64,000 nt of DNA from Candidatus Micrarchaeota archaeon. GTDB lineage: Archaea > Micrarchaeota > Micrarchaeia > Anstonellales > Anstonellaceae. A program made the translations under genes and the position numbers. Of this stretch, positions 19,731-28,036 are shown piece after piece (the stretch's first letter is position 1; each line of letters begins with the position of its first letter). The notes below the pieces were generated by a model, which made no database searches, was not told the origin of the DNA, and saw nothing but the letters and a program-made list of their open reading frames with translations. The stretch spans positions 2,201 to 66,200 of the forward strand of contig JAKAME010000001.1 of NCBI GenBank assembly GCA_021813025.1. The letters are read 5' to 3'.

Positions 19731-21113
19731 ATGGATGATTCGCCGGCCCCCCCTCTTTCCCCTCCCGCCAGATGGGGGGAATTCTTGGCGCGCGCGCAGG
19801 AATGCCACGAGGTGGTGGAGCGGATGAAAAGCCCGCTCATAGTCAACCACTACGACTGCGACGGCCTGACTTCGGGGGCAATAGTGTGCGCCTTTTTGGA
19901 AGAAAGAAAAATTCCTTATCGGATTAACACCATACGCAAGCTCGATGAAGCCGTGCTCAATGAAATCAGGCGCGAGCCGGAGCTTGTTTTCACTGATTTG
20001 GGCGGCGGAACTGACGGCGTGCAGGAATTGGAAGGAGAGGTGGTTATTTTCGACCACCATCCAATTGCCCCAAAAAATGCGCGCCTGCAGCTCAACCCGC
20101 ACATGTTCGGGATAGATGGTGGGGCGCAGATGTGCGGAGCCACCACCGCCTATTGGAGCCTGCGCGCCCTGCCTGAAGCGGCCATAGTGGGCGCGGTGGG
20201 GGACGTGCAGTCCCCCATGCAGGGGCCCAACCGCCTGCTGCTGCAGGAGCTGCAGGCGGCGGGAGTGGTGCAGGCACCAATCGACCTCAAGATGTACGGG
20301 CGCATCAGCAGGCCGCTGCCCCAGCTTCTGGCCTATGCGGACGACCCCTATTTGCCCGGCCTTAGCGGGCATGAGGAGAGATGCGCCCAGTTTCTGGAAA
20401 GCATTGCCAAAAGCTTTGGAAAAAAGGATGCTGGGTGGAAGACTTATGGCGAGCTGGATGCGGAGGAGCGCAAAAAGCTCATAGGCGCGCTGGCAGTGCA
20501 TCTGGCGGAAAGCGCAGGGGGCAGGGCGGCCGCCTCCCGCCTGGTTGGCGAAGTCTATCTTTTCCCAAGATTTGCAAACACGCCTGAATTGTATGAGGCG
20601 GGAGAATTCTCCACCCTCATGAACGCCTGCGGCAGGCATGAGCAGCCGCAGCTTGGGATAGACATCTGTTTGGGCAGGGCGGAGGCGCTGGAAAAAGGCG
20701 CTGCCCTGCTTGCCCTGCACCGCAGGCTCCTGCGCGAGGGCGTGGAATATGCTTATGCCAGCGTGCGCGACTGGGGGCCTTTCCTTTTCCTTGACGGCCG
20801 CGGAGTGATTGACGACGGCATAATCGGAGTGGTGGCAGGCATGCTTTATCCGGGCGGGAGGCAGAAGCCCATAGTGGCAATCGCGCTTGACAGGGAGGGG
20901 AAAATCAAGGTTTCCATGCGCGGCACCAAGAAACTTGTGTCACAAGGCCTTAACCTCGGCCTTGCCCTGCGCGAAGCCTGCATGCCGTTGGGCGGGGCGG
21001 GCGGGGGGCACGCCATAGCTGCCGGAGCGAGCGTGCCGCCCGACAGGCTGGACGAGTTTTTGAAGAGCTTTCCGAAAATTTTGCAAAAGCAGATGGTGAA
21101 AGCGGGTGAGTAG
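19731..21113 (+). CDS. DHH-family phosphoesterase with DHHA1 domain (archaeal RecJ/GAN-like or NrnA-like)
   Basis: NHYDCDGLTSGA, FDHHP and C-terminal GGGHAIAAGA motifs. The ORF track N-terminus overlaps tRNA-Ala and was trimmed to MDDSP. Confidence 0.7.
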   Translation: MDDSPAPPLSPPARWGEFLARAQECHEVVERMKSPLIVNHYDCDGLTSGAIVCAFLEERKIPYRINTIRKLDEAVLNEIRREPELVFTDLGGGTDGVQELEGEVVIFDHHPIAPKNARLQLNPHMFGIDGGAQMCGATTAYWSLRALPEAAIVGAVGDVQSPMQGPNRLLLQELQAAGVVQAPIDLKMYGRISRPLPQLLAYADDPYLPGLSGHEERCAQFLESIAKSFGKKDAGWKTYGELDAEERKKLIGALAVHLAESAGGRAAASRLVGEVYLFPRFANTPELYEAGEFSTLMNACGRHEQPQLGIDICLGRAEALEKGAALLALHRRLLREGVEYAYASVRDWGPFLFLDGRGVIDDGIIGVVAGMLYPGGRQKPIVAIALDREGKIKVSMRGTKKLVSQGLNLGLALREACMPLGGAGGGHAIAAGASVPPDRLDEFLKSFPKILQKQMVKAGE

Positions 21114-21120
21114 GCCCCGG

Positions 21121-22551
21121 TCAAACTTTTTGGCGCAGATAAAACATCAGCAGCAGGCCCGCCCCGAGCATCAGCAGCCCGCCGGCGGCAGGCGCAAGAG
21201 AGGATGGCTGGAAATAATCCGCCTGCGCCCCGCGCCAGGAATTTGAATTTGATAAAAGGACGCGGATAAGGCCCCGATAGGGGGAGGATTGGAGTGAAGC
21301 TGCATGCGCTCTTTCATCTGCCAATATTGCGGTTGCATTTTCCGCCACAGCGCCCGCTATTCCCGATGGCGCGCGCGTGAGAAGGGGGAAGGAGGCGTTC
21401 CATTTGTCGTTGAAATCATCGCTCCACTCAAGCGTGAGGTTTGACCGGCCAAGCGGGAATGGATAGAGCATCTGCTGCGAGTACTGGTAAGCGAAAGCGC
21501 GGCCTTGCGAATCAAGCTCGGATGGGGAGAGGAAAAGATGGCTGAAATTGGTTGAAATTGAAGGCGAGAAAGACATGGAATCATTTGGCTTGTTCGGCCA
21601 TTCGCTTGTGTCGTTCTCCTGCCTGCTTATGCTCCAAAAGCCGACTTCGTCTTTTAGCATGGAGTAATGCGCATAGCGGGTGGAGGAAATCGGAATGCCG
21701 TTCAGGGCAAGAACTGAGGAAAACGGCAGGCGGCTGGAAAGGTCTGCGCGCCAGAAGCCTGAGGAGAGGGAAAGCTGCTCTCTGTCTGCTGGGCGCAGCT
21801 TGAGGAAAAGAGGCTCGCCATGCTCCACCCCATAGGCGCGGGCGGAATGCACGGGCAGGGCGAAAGTCACGAGTGCTGAGGAGCGGGATGATTGGCAAGA
21901 CTCGATTGCGTTGCCTGCTGCATCGGCTGATTTGACCAGATAGTGCTCTTCCACTTCCTTCATGTACGGCACCTGCACCGTGCCTGAGAAGGAAATGGAG
22001 AATGGGGGCAGGATTGCTGATTTGTTTTGGCCTTCTGTTGTGCTAAGCGAGGCCCATGCCGAAGCCGGCAGAGGGTTTTGCAGCAGGGCGGGCGCATGGT
22101 CGTCAATAGGCTGCACCACAGATGCGCCCGGCAAAGACCATGTTAGCGTGCCTGACAGCGCAGGCTTGCCAAATTCGCTTAATGAAATTTTTGACTGGCC
22201 GCATGAGGAGTCAAGAGTGTAATAGGAAACAACGAATGGCGCATGCGATTCGCCCCATGTCCAGAAGAAAACTGGCGGATGGAGGCTGGAAACCCGCCCA
22301 TCCACTGACGGGCTGGCCGGGCTAAGCTCTATGAAAGCCCACTCGATTGGCTGTGAGGTGGTTGGCGCAACCGGATGCACCCAAGAGGGAGGAGAAGAGA
22401 GCGGGGAAGAAGCCGCCGAGCCTGCATTTGCCTGCCGCATCCAGACATGGTCTGGAAAATCTGTTGTTTGGGCGGAAAGGGGAGGAATGAAAAAAAGGAG
22501 AAAGAGGGGGAGAAAGGCAAAAAGCGCCCGACCGGCACATGGCCATCCCAT
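21121..22551 (-). CDS. Secreted/surface protein with signal peptide, at least 7 N-glycosylation sequons and C-terminal TM anchor (S-layer or surface glycoprotein candidate)
   Basis: N-terminus LFAFLPLFLLFFIPPLSA. Sequons NKS, NDT, NDS, NFS, NLT, NAS, NAT. C-terminus AAGGLLMLGAGLLLMFYLRQKV (hydrophobic stretch plus basic tail, archaeosortase-signal-like). Confidence 0.6.
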   Translation of the reverse strand: MGWPCAGRALFAFLPLFLLFFIPPLSAQTTDFPDHVWMRQANAGSAASSPLSSPPSWVHPVAPTTSQPIEWAFIELSPASPSVDGRVSSLHPPVFFWTWGESHAPFVVSYYTLDSSCGQSKISLSEFGKPALSGTLTWSLPGASVVQPIDDHAPALLQNPLPASAWASLSTTEGQNKSAILPPFSISFSGTVQVPYMKEVEEHYLVKSADAAGNAIESCQSSRSSALVTFALPVHSARAYGVEHGEPLFLKLRPADREQLSLSSGFWRADLSSRLPFSSVLALNGIPISSTRYAHYSMLKDEVGFWSISRQENDTSEWPNKPNDSMSFSPSISTNFSHLFLSPSELDSQGRAFAYQYSQQMLYPFPLGRSNLTLEWSDDFNDKWNASFPLLTRAPSGIAGAVAENATAILADERAHAASLQSSPYRGLIRVLLSNSNSWRGAQADYFQPSSLAPAAGGLLMLGAGLLLMFYLRQKV

Positions 22552-22560
22552 CTTTTTCCC

Positions 22561-23076
22561 TTACACCACCAGTTCGTACGTGGAGAACAGCCTCTCGCAA
22601 TAGGCGCAGCGCAGGCGGCCCTTCTCTGCTGAGAACACGCTCGCCTCGCGCTCAAGGCGGCTGATGCAGGAGGGGTTGGGGCAGGCGGCGATGTCCTCAA
22701 GCTTTGAGGGCAGCTTGACGTCGACCTTCTGCACCACCTTGCCTGCGCGAATGACGTTGAGACGCGCGCGCGGGGCGATGAGGGCTATCTTGTTCGCCTC
22801 CACCGGCTTGATTTCCCTGCCCTCGATTTTGAGTATGTCCTTGCGGCCCATGTGACGTGACGGCACGTTGATGACAAGAGCCACGCGGTGGGCCAAATCT
22901 GGCTTGGCTGGAGAGGCGGGGCTGCGAGAGGATTTTTCATTGCCTGAAGCCTCGCTCTGGCGAGCCGCCTGATTTGACGGCACCAGCTTGAGGATTTCCA
23001 ATACATGTATTCCGGCGAAAGCCTCGATTCGGTCAATCACCGTGCCCTGCTCTATGCGTTCAACCAAGAGCGGCAT
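22561..23076 (-). CDS. pyrI: Aspartate carbamoyltransferase regulatory subunit
   Basis: C-terminal zinc domain CPNPSC...CAYCE. N-terminal allosteric domain. Confidence 0.9.
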   Translation of the reverse strand: MPLLVERIEQGTVIDRIEAFAGIHVLEILKLVPSNQAARQSEASGNEKSSRSPASPAKPDLAHRVALVINVPSRHMGRKDILKIEGREIKPVEANKIALIAPRARLNVIRAGKVVQKVDVKLPSKLEDIAACPNPSCISRLEREASVFSAEKGRLRCAYCERLFSTYELVV

Positions 23077-23077
23077 G

Positions 23078-23980
23078 TCATCCCTCCTTGAGAGCGTGCT
23101 CCAGCACGGCCATTCTCACCGGCACCCCGTGGCTGGCCTGCTGGAAGTAGTGCGCGTGCGGCGAGGCGTCCACCTCTGCCGGTATTTCGTCTATTTTCGG
23201 CAAGGGATGCAGCAGAATCATGTCCTGCTTTGCATCCAGCAGGAGTTCGGGCATTATGCGGAATGAGGCCTGCATCTTGGCGGCCTGATAGGGGTCTGAG
23301 AAGCGCTCTTTCTGTATTCTGCACACATAGGCCACGTCAGCGCCGGCCAAATCAAGCTGCTCTGATGCCTCCACCTGCGCATCGAATTTCTCCTTCACTT
23401 CCTCCACAATCTGCGAATCCATCTCCAATCCTCGCGGGGCGATGAGCTTGACTTTGGCCCCGAACATGGCAAGGCCGTAGAGCAGGGAGCGCATGGCGCG
23501 CGCGTGTGATAAATCTCCTATGAGCGAGACGTTGAGGCCTTTTATTTTGCCTTTCGCCTTCTGGATTGTGTATAGGTCGATGAGCGTTTGGGTGGGGTGC
23601 TGGTTGCCCCCGTCGCCGGCGTTGATTACAGGGTGGCGGCACACCTCGGCAGCATAGCGTGCGGAGCCTTCCGCAGGGTGGCGGATTACGAGAAGGTCTG
23701 CATAGCCGTCCACGATTTTGAGGGTGTCGCTCAAGGACTCGCCCTTGGTGGAGGAGGAGGCGGCGTGGTAGTAGGGCACCACGCTCATCCCTAAGCGCTG
23801 TGCGGCCGTTTGGAAGGAAAGATGCGTTCTCGTGCTTGGCTCGAAGAAGAGTGTGGCCGCCACTTTGCCCGGGAACTTGTCGTAGGAGGTGAAAAGGTTT
23901 TTCTCCATTTTTTCTGAAACCGAAAGCAGCTTCTCGATAGTCGGCTTGTCCAAATCCCGGATTGAAATCAGGTCGGCCAT
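23078..23980 (-). CDS. pyrB: Aspartate carbamoyltransferase catalytic subunit
   Basis: STRTHLSF, HPTQ and HPLP motifs. 2-nt spacing to pyrI. Confidence 0.9.
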   Translation of the reverse strand: MADLISIRDLDKPTIEKLLSVSEKMEKNLFTSYDKFPGKVAATLFFEPSTRTHLSFQTAAQRLGMSVVPYYHAASSSTKGESLSDTLKIVDGYADLLVIRHPAEGSARYAAEVCRHPVINAGDGGNQHPTQTLIDLYTIQKAKGKIKGLNVSLIGDLSHARAMRSLLYGLAMFGAKVKLIAPRGLEMDSQIVEEVKEKFDAQVEASEQLDLAGADVAYVCRIQKERFSDPYQAAKMQASFRIMPELLLDAKQDMILLHPLPKIDEIPAEVDASPHAHYFQQASHGVPVRMAVLEHALKEG

Positions 23981-24017
23981 CCCAGCACCTAATTATTGGC
24001 GAGTTTGAGATTTAAAA

Positions 24018-24138
24018 AAGGGGGGGAGGGTCAGGAGGACAATCGACGGCCCTTGTTGGCCGTCGGTGCACCGGCGCGCTCGGGCGCGCCGGTTGACCAG
24101 GAACTGGGGAGGGGGGCTTGAGGCCCCCCTCCGCGGTT
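24018..24138 (+). repeat. Copy B of the same element, immediately 3' of the intron-containing tRNA
   Basis: gggggggagggtcaggagga ... ctggggaggggggcttgaggcccccctcc gcggtttggg. Confidence 0.55.
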
Positions 24139-24252
24139 TGGGCCCGAAGGGATTTGAACTCTTGACCACCTGCTCTCCTCGAGAGCTCATCCGACAATCC
24201 GGACGAATCCACATATAAGACAGGCGCTCTAACCGGGCTGAGCTACGGGCCC
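24139..24252 (-). tRNA. Intron-containing tRNA (about 39-nt intron after position 37); positional anticodon UAU, so candidate tRNA-Ile(UAU)
   Basis: Reverse complement gives GGGCCCG-TA-GCTC-AGCCCGGTTA-GAGC-G-CCTGT-CTTATA[intron]A-GCAGG-TGGTC-AAGAG-TTCAAAT-CCCTT-CGGGCCC-A. U33 and purine 37 are in place. One A-C mismatch in the T stem. Confidence 0.65.
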
Positions 24253-24349
24253 GATAAGATTAGGGAAAACGGCGTTTATAATCACTTGGCAAGATTCCCG
24301 TTCTTGTCCACTGAAGCGCTTTCTCTTTTCACAGGAAAGAAAATGACCC

Positions 24350-24388
24350 AAGACAGGCACTATGAACCGGGCTGAGCTACGGATCCGG
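24350..24388 (-). other. Degenerate duplicate of the 5' half of the adjacent tRNA (non-functional fragment)
   Basis: ccggatccgtagctcagcccggttcatagtgcctgtctt versus the tRNA 5' half gggcccgtagctcagcccggttagagcgcctgtctt. The D-stem is disrupted. Confidence 0.6.
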
Positions 24389-24415
24389 AATGAATGGCGA
24401 ATGGAACTTTGTGAA

Positions 24416-25681
24416 CTACCACGTCCTGATGGGTGCGGCTTCCGGCGTTCCATCCGAAGGATGCTCATCCGGCCGGTTCAGGGCCAGTCCACAGGTGGCC
24501 CCGCTTCCGTCCATATAGGGCAGAAGCCTCTTTCCAATGTTGATGGCACCATTAAGGTCGGCGTTGTATTGGCCGCAATTTGAGCAGACAAAACAGCCCT
24601 GGCTCTTTCGCTGGCCTTCCAGACCGCAGGCATGGCAGGTGCGGCTGGTCATTCTCTCGTCCACAGCCACAACTGGAATGCCCAATAGCCCTGCCTTGTA
24701 TTCAATCATCGACCGCAGCTTATAGAAAGGCATTGAGGAAACAATGCGGTTGAACCGCTTTCCCCTGCCTCTGGCCCCCTTTCGGATGCCACGCAAATTG
24801 CCCAAGGCAATGCAGGAATTGGAAGCCACGGCAGCATCCACAAGGTGGCGGCTGACGCAGTGGAGAATGTCGTTTACGCGAATTCTCTCCCGCGCTCCAA
24901 TCCTTTTCACTACCTTTAGCAACTTGCGCTCCTGCAGCCTCTTTCGCAGCCAGGCATGGTGCCTTCGTATTCCCCTGATTTCCCGGCCCAAGAACATGGG
25001 CTTCATCACTTGGCCTTCCCACAGCAGCACCGCAGTCGCGGGGGTCCGCTCGCCCATGTCAATGGCCAGAACAGAGGAAAAGTGAGTTTTGAGTTTGGTA
25101 GGGATTTCATAGACCAGATTGGCTATGAATTTCCCCTTTCTTTTGAACAATTTGCTTTCGCACAATTTGGCGTCGACAGGAATAGGCCGATGAGGCTTGA
25201 AGGGGACTTTGATGCCGCCCCGCTGGCCTGCTACTGGGATTCTCAAGAAGTAGAAACTCTTGCTTTTTTGCACATTAATAAGGTCATTTCTCAGACTGAG
25301 AGGATATTGGACGCCTTTCTTGATTTTCTTGTAGAAACGCAGGGCCTGCTGTTTGTGGGCAGAATAGAGAGGGGCATTCCCTCCTTGCAGAACGATTTGG
25401 AGGTTGGCATATTCCCTATCCAGAAGCTGCTGCTTGCGCTGGGTGAGCTTGATGAGGCCGCAGCGGATGGTCAGGCGCATGAGAATTTGCCGGTTTGAAA
25501 CGCCTTTAAGATTTGGAGAGGGTGACTTTCCGCTCGTCGGAGAAGGGAGAGTCTTCATCAGGCGTCTGAAGGCGCCGATTTTCACGAGAGCGAGAGCATA
25601 TAAGATTGAACTGCCCATACCTCTTTCATGTTCCACCGCCTCTTCTATCCCCGCCAGACCTGCATGCTCGCGGCCACGCAC
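24416..25681 (-). CDS. tnpB: TnpB (IS200/IS605-family OrfB, RNA-guided RuvC-like nuclease)
   Basis: RuvC-I (LAIDMGE), a zinc finger (CHACG...CSNCG) and a RuvC-III-like block (DLNGAINIGKR). No tnpA nearby. True start may be internal. Confidence 0.85.
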   Translation of the reverse strand: MRGREHAGLAGIEEAVEHERGMGSSILYALALVKIGAFRRLMKTLPSPTSGKSPSPNLKGVSNRQILMRLTIRCGLIKLTQRKQQLLDREYANLQIVLQGGNAPLYSAHKQQALRFYKKIKKGVQYPLSLRNDLINVQKSKSFYFLRIPVAGQRGGIKVPFKPHRPIPVDAKLCESKLFKRKGKFIANLVYEIPTKLKTHFSSVLAIDMGERTPATAVLLWEGQVMKPMFLGREIRGIRRHHAWLRKRLQERKLLKVVKRIGARERIRVNDILHCVSRHLVDAAVASNSCIALGNLRGIRKGARGRGKRFNRIVSSMPFYKLRSMIEYKAGLLGIPVVAVDERMTSRTCHACGLEGQRKSQGCFVCSNCGQYNADLNGAINIGKRLLPYMDGSGATCGLALNRPDEHPSDGTPEAAPIRTW

Positions 25682-26281
25682 GAGGACAAGTCCAATGTAA
25701 CCGTTGTTGACTGGGCCACGCCTGTGTCTGTCAAGCCTCCCATGCTGGCAGTTGCCCTCAACCTCAAGAGCTACAGCCTCGAGCTGCTGCTGGCCTCGCG
25801 CTGCTTCACCCTCTCGGTGCTGCCCGAATCAATGGCAGACAAGGCGGCTGCGGTCGGCTCGGCCACGGGCAGGGTGATTGACAAGGTGGACGAATACCAG
25901 CTCAAGCTCAAGCCGGCCAAATCGGTGAAGGCGCCCCGCCTTGACGGCGCGATGGCATGGGTGGAATGCGAGCTTCAGGGCGTGTTCAGCTCCGGCGACC
26001 ACGCGCTTGTTGTGGCCGAGGTGATGGAGACTCATTTCCCTGACGAGGAGGCTGGCAAGACGCCGATGCTGTTCAACTGGGGCAACAAGAATTACTTTGG
26101 GATTAAGAGGGAGTGGAAGGAGGAGAAAGGGAAGGAGAGGGAGGAGAAGAACGGCAGGGAGAAAGACGAGAAAAAAGAAGATACTCGTCTCGTGGTTGTG
26201 AAAAAGGAAGAAAAGAAAGAGGAAAACAAAAAAGAAAAAGAGAGTTCGACCACGGAGAAAAAAGAGGAAAAGAAATCTTGA
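25664..26281 (+). CDS. Flavin-reductase-like (FMN-binding split-barrel) protein with long K/E-rich C-terminal tail
   Basis: Flavin reductase-like domain (VTVVDWATP...SGDHALVVAEV) followed by about 70 aa of KEEK low-complexity sequence. Confidence 0.65.
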   Translation: MLAATHEDKSNVTVVDWATPVSVKPPMLAVALNLKSYSLELLLASRCFTLSVLPESMADKAAAVGSATGRVIDKVDEYQLKLKPAKSVKAPRLDGAMAWVECELQGVFSSGDHALVVAEVMETHFPDEEAGKTPMLFNWGNKNYFGIKREWKEEKGKEREEKNGREKDEKKEDTRLVVVKKEEKKEENKKEKESSTTEKKEEKKS

Positions 26282-26293
26282 TGCTGGTTCTCT

Positions 26294-26620
26294 ATGTCCA
26301 AATTCAAATCCAGCCTCGACCCCCTGCCCGTCATCGCCAATCGGAGAATCGACACCCTTCTGGCATTTGCAAAATCCGAGGTGCGCGCCCACCCTGATTT
26401 GGCCAAGCGCTATGTGAAACTGGCGCGCGCGATTGCGATGCGCCACCGCGTGCCTCTTGGCAGGGGAAGAAAGCATTTGTTTTGCCAAGAGTGCAATCTT
26501 CCATGGGTGGTCGGCTATAATGTGAAGGTGAGGCTGGAGCCCAAAACTAGGCGGATGATTTATTCGTGCAAGTGCGGAAAGAGGACGGCATTTGTTTATT
26601 CGAAAAAGCGGGCAAAATGA
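26294..26620 (+). CDS. RNase P protein subunit Rpp21/Rpr2 (zinc ribbon)
   Basis: LAKRYVKLARAIAMRHRV then CQECNLPWVVGYNVKVRL...CKCGK, the typical Rpr2 architecture. Confidence 0.75.
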   Translation: MSKFKSSLDPLPVIANRRIDTLLAFAKSEVRAHPDLAKRYVKLARAIAMRHRVPLGRGRKHLFCQECNLPWVVGYNVKVRLEPKTRRMIYSCKCGKRTAFVYSKKRAK

Positions 26621-26741
26621 CCCCGCCTGCCCCCGCTCACCCCGTCCCCATAGTCTTTTATACCCCAAATTCCCATTACTGACGTCTATTTCCCCAGGGA
26701 TTAGACCATCGCCCGCAAGGGCTCACATTCAGAGGTGGAAC

Positions 26742-27167
26742 ATGGTTACAGCCTACGATGCTAACCCTCACCAGCTAGTCCGCGCGACCGCGGCACGCTT
26801 GGAGAAAATCGAGGGACTGACGCCCCCCAAGTGGGTGGGCCTCGTGAAATCAGGAGCGCACAAGGAGCGCCTGCCGCAGGACGACAAGTTCTGGTACATG
26901 CGCTGCGCGTCTTTGCTATACCAGGCCTACTGCCACTCCCCAATCGGAGTCTCGAGCCTGCAGAGCCACTACGGCGGAAGACAAAAGCGCGGAGTGGCAC
27001 GCGAGCACTTCAGGCGCGCCGGCGGCAACATGATTCGAAAAGGGCTGCAGGCCATGGAAAAGGCCGGCCTGCTTGCCAAGAAGAAGGTTGGCAGATACAT
27101 CGCCCCCAAGGGGCAGCAGATGCTTGACGCAGTTGCAAAGGAACTGGCCAGCGTGAAGAAAGAGTGA
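26742..27167 (+). CDS. rps19e: Ribosomal protein eS19 (S19e)
   Basis: MVTAYDANPHQLV start. VSSLQSHYGG...RGVAREHF...GNMIRKGLQAMEKAGL signature. Confidence 0.9.
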   Translation: MVTAYDANPHQLVRATAARLEKIEGLTPPKWVGLVKSGAHKERLPQDDKFWYMRCASLLYQAYCHSPIGVSSLQSHYGGRQKRGVAREHFRRAGGNMIRKGLQAMEKAGLLAKKKVGRYIAPKGQQMLDAVAKELASVKKE

Positions 27168-27173
27168 TGAGAA

Positions 27174-27509
27174 ATGCCGGACGAGCAGGACATCCAAGCC
27201 TTGCGCCAGAAAAAGATGGCAGAGGCATACCAGCAGGCGCAGGCACGGGCAGAGCAGGAGGAACAACTGCGCTCGGCCCTGAGCCAGATGCTGGAGCCAG
27301 CCGCCTATGAGAGGCTGATGCTGGTGAAGATGTCCAGCCCGCCCACATTTGCGAAAGTGGTGCAGGGCCTGAGCTACCTGCAGCAGGCGGGGCAGCTGAA
27401 AGGCCGCATCAATGACGCGCAGCTCAAGGGGCTGCTGGGAAAGATGGCGGGCTCCAAGCCCGAGCCGACCATCACAATCAGGAGAAAAGGCGGCGAGGAG
27501 AAAAAATAG
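27174..27509 (+). CDS. PDCD5/TFAR19-like double-stranded-DNA-binding protein
   Basis: Conserved archaeal partner of S19e. Family-like helical protein with the ILTPEARERLxxL-type block AYERLMLVKMSSP. Confidence 0.7.
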   Translation: MPDEQDIQALRQKKMAEAYQQAQARAEQEEQLRSALSQMLEPAAYERLMLVKMSSPPTFAKVVQGLSYLQQAGQLKGRINDAQLKGLLGKMAGSKPEPTITIRRKGGEEKK

Positions 27510-27521
27510 GAGGCGCATGCT

Positions 27522-27854
27522 ATGTACCACCCCGGAAAAGTGATTGAAGTCCTGCGGCCTGCCGACAAGGACGTCAAGGCGTCAGGCGCGGACACGCAGG
27601 CCACGGTGCGCATGTGGGACGACAACATACTCACGCTTCTGGTGGCTCCGAAGCTGGCGGCCGCCATCAAGGCAGGGCAGACGGTGCTTGTGGACTATAG
27701 GCCCATGCCGGACTTCCGCGCGGCCGTGCCAAGCCACACGGTGGTGAAAATACTGGAGGGCAAGAAGGCGGAGACCGTGTGGATGGCGTACCGCGACATG
27801 CACGATCGGCAGAAGCGTTCGGCCACGCCGCCCGCGCAGAATTACATAGGATAA
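27522..27854 (+). CDS. Conserved hypothetical protein in ribosomal operon
   Basis: Fills the slot between the PDCD5-like gene and L39e with good spacing. No family recognised. Confidence 0.5.
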   Translation: MYHPGKVIEVLRPADKDVKASGADTQATVRMWDDNILTLLVAPKLAAAIKAGQTVLVDYRPMPDFRAAVPSHTVVKILEGKKAETVWMAYRDMHDRQKRSATPPAQNYIG

Positions 27855-27874
27855 GGTTTACTGAGGTGGATGAA

Positions 27875-28033
27875 ATGGGTATCAAGACGCCGAAGAAGAA
27901 AGCGCGCCTCGCGCGTGCTATGAAGACCAGCCGGCGCGTCCCGGTGTTCGTGATTGCAAAAACCAACCGCCGGGTGCGCTACCCGACGAGGAGCCGCAAC
28001 TGGCGGCACAGCCGGCTGCAAATCAAGGACTAG
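27875..28033 (+). CDS. rpl39e: Ribosomal protein eL39 (L39e)
   Basis: 52-aa basic protein MGIKTPKKKARLARAMKTSRRVPVFVIAKTNRRVRY. Confidence 0.85.
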   Translation: MGIKTPKKKARLARAMKTSRRVPVFVIAKTNRRVRYPTRSRNWRHSRLQIKD

Positions 28034-28036
28034 GTG

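Noticed and set aside
24416-25681. Full 421-aa TnpB ORF start at 25681
   Set aside because: The first roughly 60 residues are atypical for TnpB and overlap the divergent flavin-reductase-like gene start. The true start is probably internal, but it cannot be fixed without alignment.
26090-26281. Repetitive aag/gag-rich DNA, considered as a possible CRISPR or other tandem repeat
   Set aside because: There is no spacer-repeat periodicity. It encodes the KE-rich tail of the flavin-reductase-like protein. The same applies to 28330-28560 in L31e.
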